In this document: positions 13,501 to 26,307 of the stretch, one piece after another | Position numbering within the stretch: position 1 is the first letter of the stretch | Layout of the letters: the number at the start of each line of letters is the position of its first letter | Origin: the human T2T-CHM13v2.0 reference genome, Homo sapiens | Assembly: GCF_009914755.1 (NCBI RefSeq) | Contig: NC_060926.1 | Length of the DNA: 64,000 bases | Reading direction: 5' to 3' (one strand) | Position numbers and translations under genes: made by a program | The notes under the pieces: generated by a model | Seen by the model: only the letters and a program-made list of their open reading frames with translations | The model's database searches: none | Told to the model about the DNA's origin: nothing

Positions 13501-14547
13501 ACAAGGTAATGAGTAACTCTCCTTTCTGAGTACACACTACAAGTTAAGCCATATCTTAAAACTGTAACAATTATACACAAAAGCAAACTAATGTAGTAGG
13601 CACATTCATCTTGCCCTCTCAAATCAAGATGGTTAGAGGATGTGTGTGGTGCCTATGTGTATACAGTCACTCTGAGACTATGAGGCATAGAATGAAAATA
13701 ATTTTGTTATAATCTACCTCACTCATATACACATTCATAGTTGCCTTGCCCAGATACTGAGAACCATTTTGGATCAACACAAGTCATTTGCATTATTAAT
13801 TGCCAATCATGATGATGCTCAGAATTGAATCACTTCCATCCATACCTAGTGGGAAACAGTTCTTTTGCCTTTTAAGGTCATTAGATTCTGTTCCTAAAGC
13901 TTGAAAGTCACAGTGGCCCTTCACTGTTTGTTCAGCTGATCACGAATCAGAGGTAATGACATTTACATTGCTAATAAACTTTGCATCAAGTGTGTTAACT
14001 CTTGGTTTGGTATAGTTTCTTCTACCTGAGAAAAGCTTATTTGACCTCCTCTATGAAATCTGAACATTCTCTTACTTATATATCCATAAACACACACTCA
14101 TATTAAATCTAGAAGTGCATGAAATTCCCTAATTATTTCCATATGAGAATCAGGAATGATGTGCAAAACAAATTAAAATATGTGTTGTTACTTTATCCTG
14201 ACATACACAGTAAATTACCTGACAAATCTGGGAACACTAGGAGAGCACCTTCCAGTCATTATGGTTGACATAAGACTGTGTGACAATGACCTCTTATGTT
14301 GGGTTTGTAGAATTAGACTAATAGAAAAATATGTATTTTGATGGAGATTAAATCCTGGCTAATGTGGAGAAAAACTGAAAATTTTATTAATTAGGCTTTT
14401 CAGTATACCAAATTTCAAGCAGCTAAATCTTTGTTTCCTTAATATTTCTTTAATCATAATTATTAGCATATACTGAGTGTTACTGGCTTACTGGTGTGAG
14501 ATAAAAACTAAGAATACCAAACTCAGCTTCTTTTATTAATGAGAACA

Positions 14548-14608
14548 AAATGACCTCAATCTAAAACTAGATAACTAAATGACCTCATACCAAAGTTAGA
14601 TAACTAAA
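14548..14608. repeat. 29-bp tandem duplication
   Basis: aaatgacctcaatctaaaactagataact followed by aaatgacctcataccaaagttagataact. Confidence 0.75.
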
Positions 14609-14929
14609 AAATCCCACTGGCTTGCTTAAAGTATAACTGACAGCTGTTTAAAATATCTGCTAATTGTTAATTGCTTTAATCTGTTGCTTGACCAGGCATG
14701 AATATATACATGAATAAATATATAAATAAATGTGCACAAATGTTGATCATTAAGATGCTCATATCTCAATAAAATCCATATCATAAATTTTATAACATTT
14801 ATAAACTTGTAAAGTGTTTGGAGATCTGTCAATAGCTCATATAATTTAAATAACACTTTATCCTAAAGTCCAATAAAACATAAATTCAGAGTTAAATTTA
14901 ATGAATAGGATTTGATATGTGCTTAAAAA

Positions 14930-15150
14930 TAATAACCAACAATTTTGAACAATTTTCTATGTAGCAGATGTTTTGTTATTTCTATGCATTATATAATTTG
15001 ATTTTCATTAGAACACTATAAGGTGGACTCTATTATTTTCATGTCACAGAGAAGATTGAGAAATTTTAGTGAGTTAAGTAACTTGCCCACTTACTGTTAA
15101 TAAGTGACAGAACTTGGATTGAAACCAAATTTTAGTGGCTCCAGAGCCAA
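14930..15150 (-). mobile_element. MIR SINE
   Basis: gagttaagtaacttgccc...taagtgacagaacttggattgaaacc...ggctccagagcc. Confidence 0.7.
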
Positions 15151-15169
15151 ATTCAGCTCATATTTGGTT

Positions 15170-15390
15170 TAATGTGGTTTAGAAATTTGAAGGCCTGGAA
15201 TGGAATCTCAGTGTTAATCAACTATTAGTCCTAAGACCTTAGAGAAATATTGAACATTCCAAACTTCAATTTTCTAATATATAAAATAGAGCCACTGCAC
15301 CATCCCAATCATTTTCACCAAATTACCATGAGGATTAAATAAATAATGTAAGCAAGAAAAGTGCAGAGTGCTCTACAAACATCATTTTAT
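15170..15390 (+). mobile_element. MIR SINE (very degenerate)
   Basis: cttcaattttctaatatataaaatagag...atgaggattaaataaataatgta...aaagtgc. Confidence 0.55.
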
Positions 15391-15612
15391 CACATTTTAA
15401 TTTCTTAACATCTTATAACTCCCAGGGTATTCTGTGGGTCCAAACACTGCCATTAAACCAGAGATCTCATTAGAAAAAGAGAGTTTAGGAAGCCACTAAC
15501 GTAATCTTCCACCATAGAAAACTTTAGGCAGGTTGCCCAGAATGGCATAGGGAAAATACTAGAAAAAACACTCACTCTTTGTGGGTATCATAATAAATGA
15601 AAGAAAGACCAG

Positions 15613-15985
15613 TGTTATGGACTGAGTATTTATGTCCCCCTTACCCCCATAATTCATATTTTAAAGTCCTAACCACCAACGTGACTGTATTTGTAGACAG
15701 GCCAGGAGGCCAGGTAAGAACGTGATAAAGGTCAAATGAGGTAATAAAGGTGGGCCCTAATCTAATAGGGCTAGTTCCCTTATAAGTAGAAAGAGATATC
15801 AGAGCACTCTCTTAACATTGGAGCACACAGTGAGAAGGGGGCATCTGCAAGCCAGGAAAAGAGCCCTCACCAGAAACTGAATTGCCTGAAGACTTGTTCT
15901 TGGACTTCTCAGTCTTCAGAACTATGAAAAATTTGTTAAGCAAGTCTATGGCATTTTGTTACAGCTGCCCAAGCAAACTAATATA
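15613..15985 (+). mobile_element. MaLR solo LTR, MLT1A-like
   Basis: starts tgttatggactga; aatgaggtaataaaggtgggccctaatc; catctgcaagccaggaaaagagccctcaccagaaac; ends gcaaactaatata. Confidence 0.9.
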
Positions 15986-16794
15986 GCTGGTATCATGTTC
16001 ATCCGTCACATTGCAAAGAGCAGGGCCAACTGAACTCTGTCGAGCTGCCAGCTAGGGAGCAGTGTGGTCTGACAAATCACATGAGGGGCTGACAACCTGG
16101 AGTTGTGGCCTATGGAATGTAAGAATGTCCTAGGCAAGGTTAGCATGAATGGGGTTCAGTATAAACTACTTTCCCTGGAATGAAACTGTCCAAGTTCAGC
16201 AGGTTACTGTAAATATCCTTAGGAAATAATTAAACCAAACCAAGAAAAATGGAAATAGATCCTTAAAGGTGCAGTCCCATGTATGTAAATACAAATTATG
16301 GCAAAAGCTTGAAACTGAATCCATGCAAAGAGTAGACAGGAGCAAAATTATGATTACAGAATTTACAACTGTGCAACAAAAGAATTTCTACATTAAAAAT
16401 AAGTAACAGTTTACTTTGTATCTTTCCTTTTTTACCAAGCATGGTTCCTTCTAATTCTACTAGAGTTTCCTGAACTAGAAGGGAAACTAGTTGTTACATA
16501 TAAAAACAAGTACAGTTAAAAAAATTACTTCTGCAGCTTATTTTCCTCAGGCTGAATAGAAGATCTTATTTTTTGTAAAGCTGTGTTTTAATTTACAAGA
16601 AGATGAGCAAATTTTCAAATGCAAACATAGTTTCCTAGGAAGGTCTATCTTTAATTCTGAGTGATTTAAAAGTCATAGCTGGTAAAACGTTTCTCCTTAC
16701 CTATTCCTTTCACACTAATTATCTTCCAGATGATTTAATGAGAATGTCATTTGGTGAGCATTTATTCCATGTAAGGCACTACTCTAGGTACTTA

Positions 16795-17190
16795 TGGTAG
16801 GCACTGCTAGTTGTCTTTCCAATCTCCAAAATATCAGAAGTATGAGCTCAGCAAATTGCTTCCCAGATACAGAAAGCATTTCCCAGAATTCCTTGCAGCT
16901 AGCTGGGACCACATGACTGGGTTCTGGCCAATGGGATATGAGTAGAAGTGATAACTTCCAGGTCATGCCCTTAGAAAGGTGTGTTTCCTCCTTTTTTCCT
17001 TCCTGTAATCTGGAATGTGGAAGTGCACACCAGAAGTGCCTAAGCAACAACATGGAGTAGACTGGGCTCCCGATAAGCTGTAATACCATTTCTGAATTGT
17101 TAGGTGAGACAGAAACAAGCCTCTGTCTTATGAAAACCACTTTATTATTGTGCTCTTGTTATAGTAAACTATCCTGTATTTTCATTAATA
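16795..17190 (+). mobile_element. MaLR solo LTR, MLT1I/J-like
   Basis: catttcccagaattccttgcagctag...catgactgggttctggccaatgggatatgagtagaagtg is the MLT1 core. Confidence 0.85.
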
Positions 17191-17869
17191 GAGGACTGTA
17201 CATATGCCTTGTAAAGTCTCACTACTCCAAGTTTGCTAGCAAATTTAGGCTTAGAGAGATTTTAAAACTTCCTCATAACCACTTCGGTAGTAAGTGGTGA
17301 GGCTGGTTTTTAAATCAAGTACTTTTCTCATTAGATATTTTTTACACTAATAGAGAGAAAAGACTAATTTATAGAAAATTAGAACTGTGCAGTTTTCAAC
17401 CCCTGATCTATTAATCTCACAGGATTATAAAAAGACTTTAATTTCCTTAGATTAGCATTAGTGCTACAGACCCTTATTTTTCTAATAAAGTGTCTAGCAG
17501 TTGGTTACCAGCTCCTCCAGGACTTATATTTCATAAAATGTTCCATTAGGAAAATTATGGAGAAAAAGTATGCTGATTCTCCTGGACTATGAAATGGAGA
17601 GCTGCTAGTCAGGATGCTATAACAATTTACAGAATAATACACTGAGCATGCACGATAACTCAGAAACAGATCAGATGGGGTTTTTTGAGTGTGCGCTCTC
17701 TTCCCCGGTATTATCCTTAGGTACTCCTTTAGTTCTTGAGGAGACATCAAGGAACAAGTTAGACAAAGTCCCTACACACATGGAGATTATACTCAAATGC
17801 ATCCACTATAGATAATGCCCTACAAAAATTAACAAGTTTTCAATGTGTGCCAGTAATTTGCATTTTAAA

Positions 17870-18016
17870 AATAAACTTTGTAATTTGGAATAATTTTAAA
17901 TTTATAGAAAAATTACAAAGATAGTAAACAGAGGGTTCTCATATACTCCTTACCTCATTTCTGCTAATGTCAACATCTTATGTTATCATGGTAGTTTTGT
18001 CATTAAGAAACCAATA
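17870..18016 (-). mobile_element. L1MC-type 3' end fragment
   Basis: ttggaataattttaaatttatagaaaaattacaaagatagtaaacagagggttctcatatactcc...aatgtcaacatctta...attaagaaaccaata. Confidence 0.75.
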
Positions 18017-18269
<253 letters not shown>

Positions 18270-18560
18270 GAAGGTTCTTTCAAAGAGAGGAGGCATGACC
18301 TTCTTCACCCTGTCCTATAGTCTGCTGCTTGCCACATAGACATGACAGGCATTTTGAGTACCACGGTCACACTTTAGGCATAGTAAAATGTTGAGGCTAA
18401 AAAGGGCTGGGATTTCTTAATGACTCTGAGGAGTCATCAAAGCAATCCTGTATTTCAGACCTCCAGACTTCTTTTATGTGGGAGAAAAATAAACTATCAA
18501 TTTAAGCCATTATTATCAGGGCTGTGCTTCTGTGTCAAATGCAATTTCTAACTAATATAG
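18270..18560 (+). mobile_element. MaLR LTR 3' part, MLT1J/K-like
   Basis: acctccagacttcttttatgtgggagaaaaataaact...tttaagccatt...ttctaactaatata. Confidence 0.8.
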
Positions 18561-18584
18561 AGAGTTTGGAGAAGAGGCAGAAGG

Positions 18585-18775
18585 AAGTAACATTTATTGA
18601 GGACTTGCTATATATTAAGTACTTTATATATTTTCATTTATGTAATCATCAAAACAACTCTATGCTTATTAGTTGAGAATACTGAAGATTAGTGAGGCTA
18701 AGATTCTTGCTTAGGGTTATATGGCTCAGTTTTCAAACTAAGCCAGAATTTAAACCAAACTTTGTTTTCCCATAA
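18585..18775 (-). mobile_element. MIR SINE
   Basis: taacatttattgaggacttgctata...aatcatcaaaacaactctatg...ttgagaatactgaagattagtgaggctaag. Confidence 0.7.
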
Positions 18776-19124
18776 CAGCATGCTAAAATATTTTGCATAT
18801 AATAGGTACTCAGACCTATTAGTGGTTACTAGCAATGGATACAAACATGTACATAGTTATACCTCACTCAGCAAGTAATACAGGTAAATATCTAAATAAA
18901 TACAATTATATATCCTTAAATAGACAACAAAATAGAGACACACATCCATAGTTTCAGTCTTCCTACTATCCCCATGATCAGTATCTCAAACAGTGGAACT
19001 GGCAGCAGGGCCATTTCAGGAGTGAAACCTCAGATCTTACTGCCCTCAGTCCACATATAAATTATACATTTTCTCTCTGGGCCAGAATGAAAAACCATTC
19101 AAACCATCCATCAACATACCCACT

Positions 19125-20340
19125 CAGTTCATACATTCATATTTACCGAGCATCTGCCATGTGCCAAACAACCTGCTACTTGTTGTGTACACATTGTTGA
19201 AGAAGACATAGTCCCTGTTTTCCAAAAGCTTATAGTCTACTGGGAGAAACAGAAAAATAAGTAGGTAATTACATTAGAGCAGAGTTTTTCAACCTTGGCA
19301 TTAATGACATTTTGAACTGAATAATTCAGTGTTGTGGGGTGCTATGCACTGTAGAATATTATAGGGATGTAGGCAGCATCCCTGGCCTCTACCTACTAGA
19401 TGCCACTAGCATCCTAACCCCTTGTTATAACAAAAAATATCTCCAGACATTGTCAAAAGTCCCTGGTGGGGTGGGGAGGGCAAAATAATCCTCCTACCAC
19501 CTATCCTCTCACTCCCTAAGCCACTGAGAACTGCTGCAATGCAGTATAAAATACTATAAAATGACAAAAGAAAGACGGGCATCGAACAACATGAGTCTAG
19601 GGGCAGGAAAGTTTTCTGAAGGAGGCAACACCTTCACAAAGGCCTGAAAGTTCCATAAAATTCAGCCAGATGAAGAAAATATATATTTCATATGTGTATC
19701 AGGAAGGCCTCTGAGCATGTGCAAAGACTCAGAGTTTATAATGAGTACAACATATCTGGAGGACTAAAGGTGGCTTAGAAGGCATGGAGTGGGGAAGTAT
19801 GCATGAGGTAAGTAGGAAAACCTACATATGCCTACCGAGGAATGCAGAGGAGAAGAAAGAAGGGGTTCAGTTTTGGATATGTTGAATTTGAGTTGCCTGA
19901 GGGACAACCAGGTGTAGATGTCCAAAAGACAGTTAGATTTCCATTTCTGAAACATAGGGGCATGACTCAGGCCAGAAGAATGAATACCACCTATATATAG
20001 ATGCCATATGTATAAATGAAATGACCCAGGGAGAGTGTAGTGTTTGAAAGAGGAGCCCATGGACCTGACAGTGACAAGGGAGACAGAGGTGAAGGAAAAT
20101 CAGGGCAGTCCTGATGTCACACACAGAGAGCAAATGAGGAGAGTTTCATAACATAGCATAAAGGTCAAGTAAGATGAGGAGTGACACACATCCACTGGAT
20201 TTGGAAATTAGGAAGACATTGGTGACCTTTGCCAGAAGTACCTTATTGGTATGTTCTGGGTGGCAGCCAGCTTACAGTGGGCTGGAATCAATGGCATGGG
20301 ATAAAAGAGAGATACCTTCAAGACATTTGGCAGAAAGTAA
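19125..20340 (-). mobile_element. L2 LINE (3' end plus RT C-terminal remnant), interrupted by MER20
   Basis: cattcatatttaccgagcatctgccatgtgcca 3' end; ORF 19764-20060 gives SNCLLDIYTWLSLRQLKFNISKTE, matching L2 SNCLLDISTWMS.RHLKLNMSKTE. Confidence 0.9.
19280..19536 (+). mobile_element. MER20 hAT-Charlie DNA transposon
   Basis: cagagtttttcaaccttggcattaatgacattttg...gcagcatccctggcctctacctactagatgccactagca...tctccagacattgtcaaa...tgagaactgctg. Confidence 0.92.
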
Positions 20341-20949
20341 TGGAATGATGTAAAGACAGTGCTTATGGTAGGATAAGTAACAAATGTGCCCAGAGTAAAA
20401 AAGGAAAACATTAGCATGAGTTCTGTCTTCAGGTTATGTGGATACTGTTTAGAGGCTGCTCTTGTTTCTGGCTCTCAGAGTCTCCTGGGTATTTATATTG
20501 ACCTACCTCATGGAATTTCTGAATGTAAGCACCAATGGATTGTTTTTGCCTTTTAACAGAGCACCACATGATTCAGGGTGTCTTTATAGTACCTATTTAC
20601 TTGCCTACGGTATGTCTTCTAAATGACAAATTAACTTTAATACCTGACTCATTCTGCACTATGATTATAGGGCTCCCTTTAAAAAGAGAATGACTCCAAA
20701 GTTGAAAAGCAATGAATTCAAAACAATATGCCATTATATCTGTCAAGATCTAAAAATATATTTCCATTAAGTGTGTTTATGAAAATCCTTCCTTGAATTG
20801 AGAGGTTTCAGTATGTAATCTAACAGTCTTGGAATAATTGACTCATGGGAGATGAAAACTGAAAGGATGTTACAGACTTTCCTCCTCTTCCCTCAACCCT
20901 CATTTAATCAGTGATTTGATAGGAATCACTTTCCTCACATCTTATAGTT

Positions 20950-21605
20950 CTGTTCCTTCTACTCGATGGCTACACTGTGACCTTTATCATCTCTTCCATG
21001 TACCTCTGTAATAGCCTCCTGAATGGTTTCCTTGCTCACCTTTGCCAAGCCTTTGCCATACTTTGCAAGAATGATCTCTCTAGAACACATATACGAACAG
21101 TTCACAAATTCTACTTAGAACCCTGTCATAGCGTCTCACAAATTCTGGAATCCTTATGTCACAGAAAGACTTTTCCATTTGTTCCAATGATCCTTTGCAT
21201 ATTTTATCTTATACTTATATTCCAGCCATAAAGGACCACTGTTAGTTCCTGGGGCTTTATGCTGACTCACTTCTATAGACGGGTGCTCTTATAGTTTCCA
21301 TCCCCATGTTCATCTGGGTAGTGGCATTCAAACTCAGTTCAAGCATTTCATCTGTTAAGTCTTTGTGAATTTCATCTCTCTCACCTAAACCCAGATAGGA
21401 TTGACAACTTTTCTTTTGGTGCCCCCAATGTACATAGTACAAATTTATGTAACAGTCTCGAAACCACTTTTTTGCATGCATTTGTTTTTATAGATGTCTT
21501 TTCTATTAAACTGTCACTTCCTTGAAGACAGGGGCTGCTTTTTACATTTTTATGTCTCACCAAAACATGGCATATCAGCAGCCCTGTAGTATCTGTTTAA
21601 AGGAA
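20950..21605 (+). mobile_element. L2 3' region (degenerate)
   Basis: ctgtaatagcctcctgaatggtttccttgct; ttaaactgtcacttccttgaagacaggggctg. Confidence 0.65.
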
Positions 21606-21928
21606 TTTAGTCTAAGCCTCTATTATTACCAATAAGGAAACAAGGCCCGAAAGAAGCTAAATGACTCGCCTAAGGTCACTCATCTAATGAGTGGCTAAGT
21701 GAAGAATAGAAGCTGTAGCTGTTGCCTGACTTACAGCTCTTGTGTTATATTCGGCTGCCACCCCATTGACTTAAAAGGAGGGCACCCAGGGCCCAGCTCT
21801 GTAGGTTGCCAACTTGGTTCAAGAAGGTTTTAATGTGAAATATTTAAGTAAATATTTAATGAGGAGCTATTACTCTTTTTTGGTTGAAAGAAACAGTGAG
21901 CTAGATCATTTTAAAATGATGTATTATT

Positions 21929-22303
<375 letters not shown>

Positions 22304-23179
22304 TTAGCACTTAGGTATTTTTAAAGGCCTTCAAAATCTTTAAATACATACCAGCTGAAGACAAACTAATATGTTACCACATTCTTGTTGGCAGAAGAAA
22401 TACTTGTCTCAGATTAAGAAGTTACTCTAAATATTTCATAAAATAACCTATAATAGGTTAAATTGTTTTAATTTATTTGGCTTCTAAAACATATGAATAA
22501 AAATGAGAGAGTAATAAACTCTCTAGGACTTCCCCAGAATTATGTGACTAAGTGGCTTTTTATGAGAAAACTGTCTTTGGAATAGATTACAATTTTTTAA
22601 GTGACCATGACGATAACTAGTTTGTCCTTTTCATTCATGACCACAGTAAAACAGAGCACTTAACTGATGAATCTGTTTTATTTGGAATGTTTTAATAGTT
22701 CTTGGTATATAACATTAATATGTAAAGACCTTAAAGAGCCCATTAAAACACTGCACAACAAGCTGCATTTTAATAATGCAGAGACTATCTCAGATGGAGG
22801 CTAATTTCTGTTGTTTAGGTACCATAAACAAAAATAAAAACTTTCCCAAAAAGCTGAAGCTCTAAGTAAAAGGTTTAAAATGCACATGTCCTACAGATGG
22901 CAGAACTTAAACATCACTCCCAGAAGCACAGGAAAAAAGAGAAGATTTAAAAAATTCCCTCCAAGCCCAGGCTTGTTTCAAGTCTTCTGTTCATAAGAAG
23001 ATCAAGGGTACTATGAACATTTAACTTCTATTTTCTCCTAATAATAAGTCCCGTTCTTTAATCTGTGAAATAAAACAAACTTGCCCCATGCTTAGGGTCT
23101 CTCAAAAGATAAAATGGTCTTTCATATTCCTTTAGGAGTTGATAGCACTTGAATACAAAGACCTGACATACTGAGGTGA

Positions 23180-23519
<340 letters not shown>

Positions 23520-25159
23520 CCTTCTCTCTTAATGAGCAAAACTTCTGATATTAAAAAAATGCTATTCTGCCTGGGCAAACTTTTATCTCAAAGGGAGGGA
23601 ATGAATAGGGAAGATTATTTTTCTCATCTTTTATTGAACATGCTAGAAGTTAAGACTCAGTCCTGCCATTCCCCATGCAAGCAGGGAGAAAGGGGGTGGT
23701 ATTTGAGTTCTGTCACACTTACCCACCATGATTGCTAAAATCATTTTCCAACTTAGACTCTCTCTCCTGGGAAGGAGCCCGAGGCCATGAAAACCACTCA
23801 TTTATCATATGCCACACCACAGTGATCCTCTGAGCAGACATCCTGGACTGCCATAATTTGCTTGACAGCCCTGAGGTCAGCCTGCCTAGTGACTGAAGAT
23901 TCTTTTCTTTTCCATCTTCAAATGTTACAATGCACTGCCCTTTGTGTATGTGGATGATGTTTCTGACCCACCATCAATGGTGGTGAGTCTGAAAAGGAAA
24001 ATGTGATGATACAATAGGGCTGAGCTTTAGCGGCTATACACAGAAGGCAAATGTCACAAAAAACAAGAACTCTTGCAAAATGCTGCCCAGCACTGTAGAG
24101 AGAGCTCTGCAACAGTCTACATGTTAGGATTTCAGAAACCTGCTTCCACCTGACCTGAAACCTCTTGCCTCTGTGGTATTTTTCACATTTTGGTCTTAGT
24201 TTTCAGGCCAATTTCTATTATCTGAAACTGTTTCATGAGTTAACTGGTACCCCATATCTTTTCAGTGACAAAGAAGCATTAAATAATAATCATACCCAAG
24301 CACCTTGGGAAGAATTAAGGAAGGTATGTCAGCTTTAATTTTGAATTTTCTTGTTACTTGTCAGTTTGCCTCTCAGACTTAATACCAGGAGGGAATAAAA
24401 ATCATCATTACTCTCTAGCTGCTCAATGGCATACATGAAATGAATAGGAGGCTTAACTCTGGTCTAACTGGCTCAGTTTCTGCTTGTATCAGCAGAGAGC
24501 CAGAGACTGAATGATCCAGCTTCCTGTCCATTATCCCATCAAGTCCAAACCAGGTAGGGATGCCCAGACACATGTATTCCATAGGGAAAGAAGAACACCA
24601 AAGAGGAGAACAAAAGAAGTCTCGGAAAAGGGAGGGATGAATTTATTTTTAAAGTGGGCTAGTTGAGAAGTAGTGTGAAGATTTCTTTAATCCACAGCTC
24701 TTACCTGTCGCGCAGAGAAGGGGAAAGAAATGGTAGCTCTCTCTTACACCAGTAAAAGCCTAGATTACATGCCTATTTCCTATTTGTATATACCCACTGA
24801 TGCTGAGCCTAATATGTGACTATCTTAGAGGGTCCCAGAGTTTTAAAATAATTAACCAAGTCTCACTTTACCTCACTAGCTCTATGATTAAAAGGAAAAA
24901 TGTCAATGAGACACCATCAGTTTAGTCACTGGATACAAGCAGGTTTGTGAAAAGTCCCACTGTGCATGTCTTATGGAAAGCTATGTATTGGGCCAACTTG
25001 AAAAGAGGATGTTATTGTGATGTGAATGCTTATTACTAGTCTGAAACCTACTGTTGATCTGCTAATTTTTCTTTTGTGAGGCAGATCTAATTATAGTCAG
25101 ATATACAATTCTGTATTCATTAAACCGTCACCAAAGTGATAAAAATGACAATGGGAAAA

Positions 25160-25560
25160 AATTTAGCATGGCATAGCAGAAAATACATGTTTAAAAAGGC
25201 CTGGGTTAACATCTCTGCTATTGTGTGGGGTCTGTATGTGACCCTGGAGAAGTCACCTAACTTCTCTGATCTTCTGCTGCCATTCCCTGTAATGGGGAAA
25301 CCATTATTTACCTCAGTGGGTTGTGCTCATCTTATAGGGTTATCAGCATTGAACAAGAGAGGGCACATACCCTGGAGTCAGACCACTGGGACTTGAACTA
25401 ATGTTCCTCAACTTCAGACAGCTTAGGCAAGGGAGTGAACCTCTTTGTGTCTCTGATCTCTCATTTGTAAGAGACGGGTTATGTTAGAATTTGTTTCATG
25501 GGATTAAACGAGACAATGTATACATGGGGTTTAAGCCCAATGCCTGGCAACTGGTACTTC
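25160..25560 (+). mobile_element. Two tandem MIR fragments
   Basis: tgtgaccctggagaagtcacctaacttctctga...ctgtaatgggga; and ggcaagggagtgaacctctttgtgtctctgatctctcatttgtaa...ggattaaacgagacaatgta. Confidence 0.75.
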
Positions 25561-25773
25561 TACCTGCGCCATTTTGCCTATTTTACCTGTGACTGTTGTT
25601 ACCATTATTTTACCATCCAGAATATACTAGTATTCACTAATTTGTGGCTTTATTTCTTTATTTCTCCATTTTAGATTCTTTTTCTGCACTCCTGAGAATT
25701 TTACGTGTTTAATGCTACACAAATATCATTCGGTTATTTCAGCTTCCCCTTGAGATAAATGTTTTTACCTGAC

Positions 25774-26133
25774 TGATATGGTTTGGCTCTGCATCCTCAC
25801 CCAAATCTCATCTTGAATTGTAATCCCTGTGTGTCAAGGGAGGGACCTTGTGGGAGGTGATTGGATCATGGGGGTGGTTTCCCCCATGCTGTTCTCATGA
25901 TAGGGAGTTCTCAGGAGATCTGATTGCTTAAAAGTGGCAGTTTCCTTTGCGCTCCCTCTCTCTCTCCTGCTGCCATGTAAGATGTCCCTTACACACCCCT
26001 TGCCTTCCACCATGATTGTAAGTTTCCTGAGGCTTCCCCCACCATGTGGAACTGAGTCAATTAAAACTCTTTCCTTTATAATTATCCAGTCTCAGGTAGT
26101 ATCTTTATAGCAGTATGAAAATGAACTAATACA
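25774..26133 (+). mobile_element. THE1D-like MaLR solo LTR
   Basis: tgatatggtttggctctg...ctaataca complete LTR; perfect 5-bp TSD ctgac at 25769 and 26134. Confidence 0.95.
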
Positions 26134-26272
26134 CTGACCTACATTTACTTATAATGACTATAGTACCAACAGTCCTAGAAAGTTAAGGTTTAATGGGATG
26201 TTTGGGATTTTCTAATTATTCACTACCTGGTACAAAGATAAAGTATCTTAGTCCCAGAGTGGTTCATGATTC

Positions 26273-26276
<4 letters not shown>

Positions 26277-26305
<29 letters not shown>
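26277..26305. repeat. (AC)14 microsatellite
   Basis: uninterrupted AC run. Confidence 0.95.
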
Positions 26306-26307
<2 letters not shown>

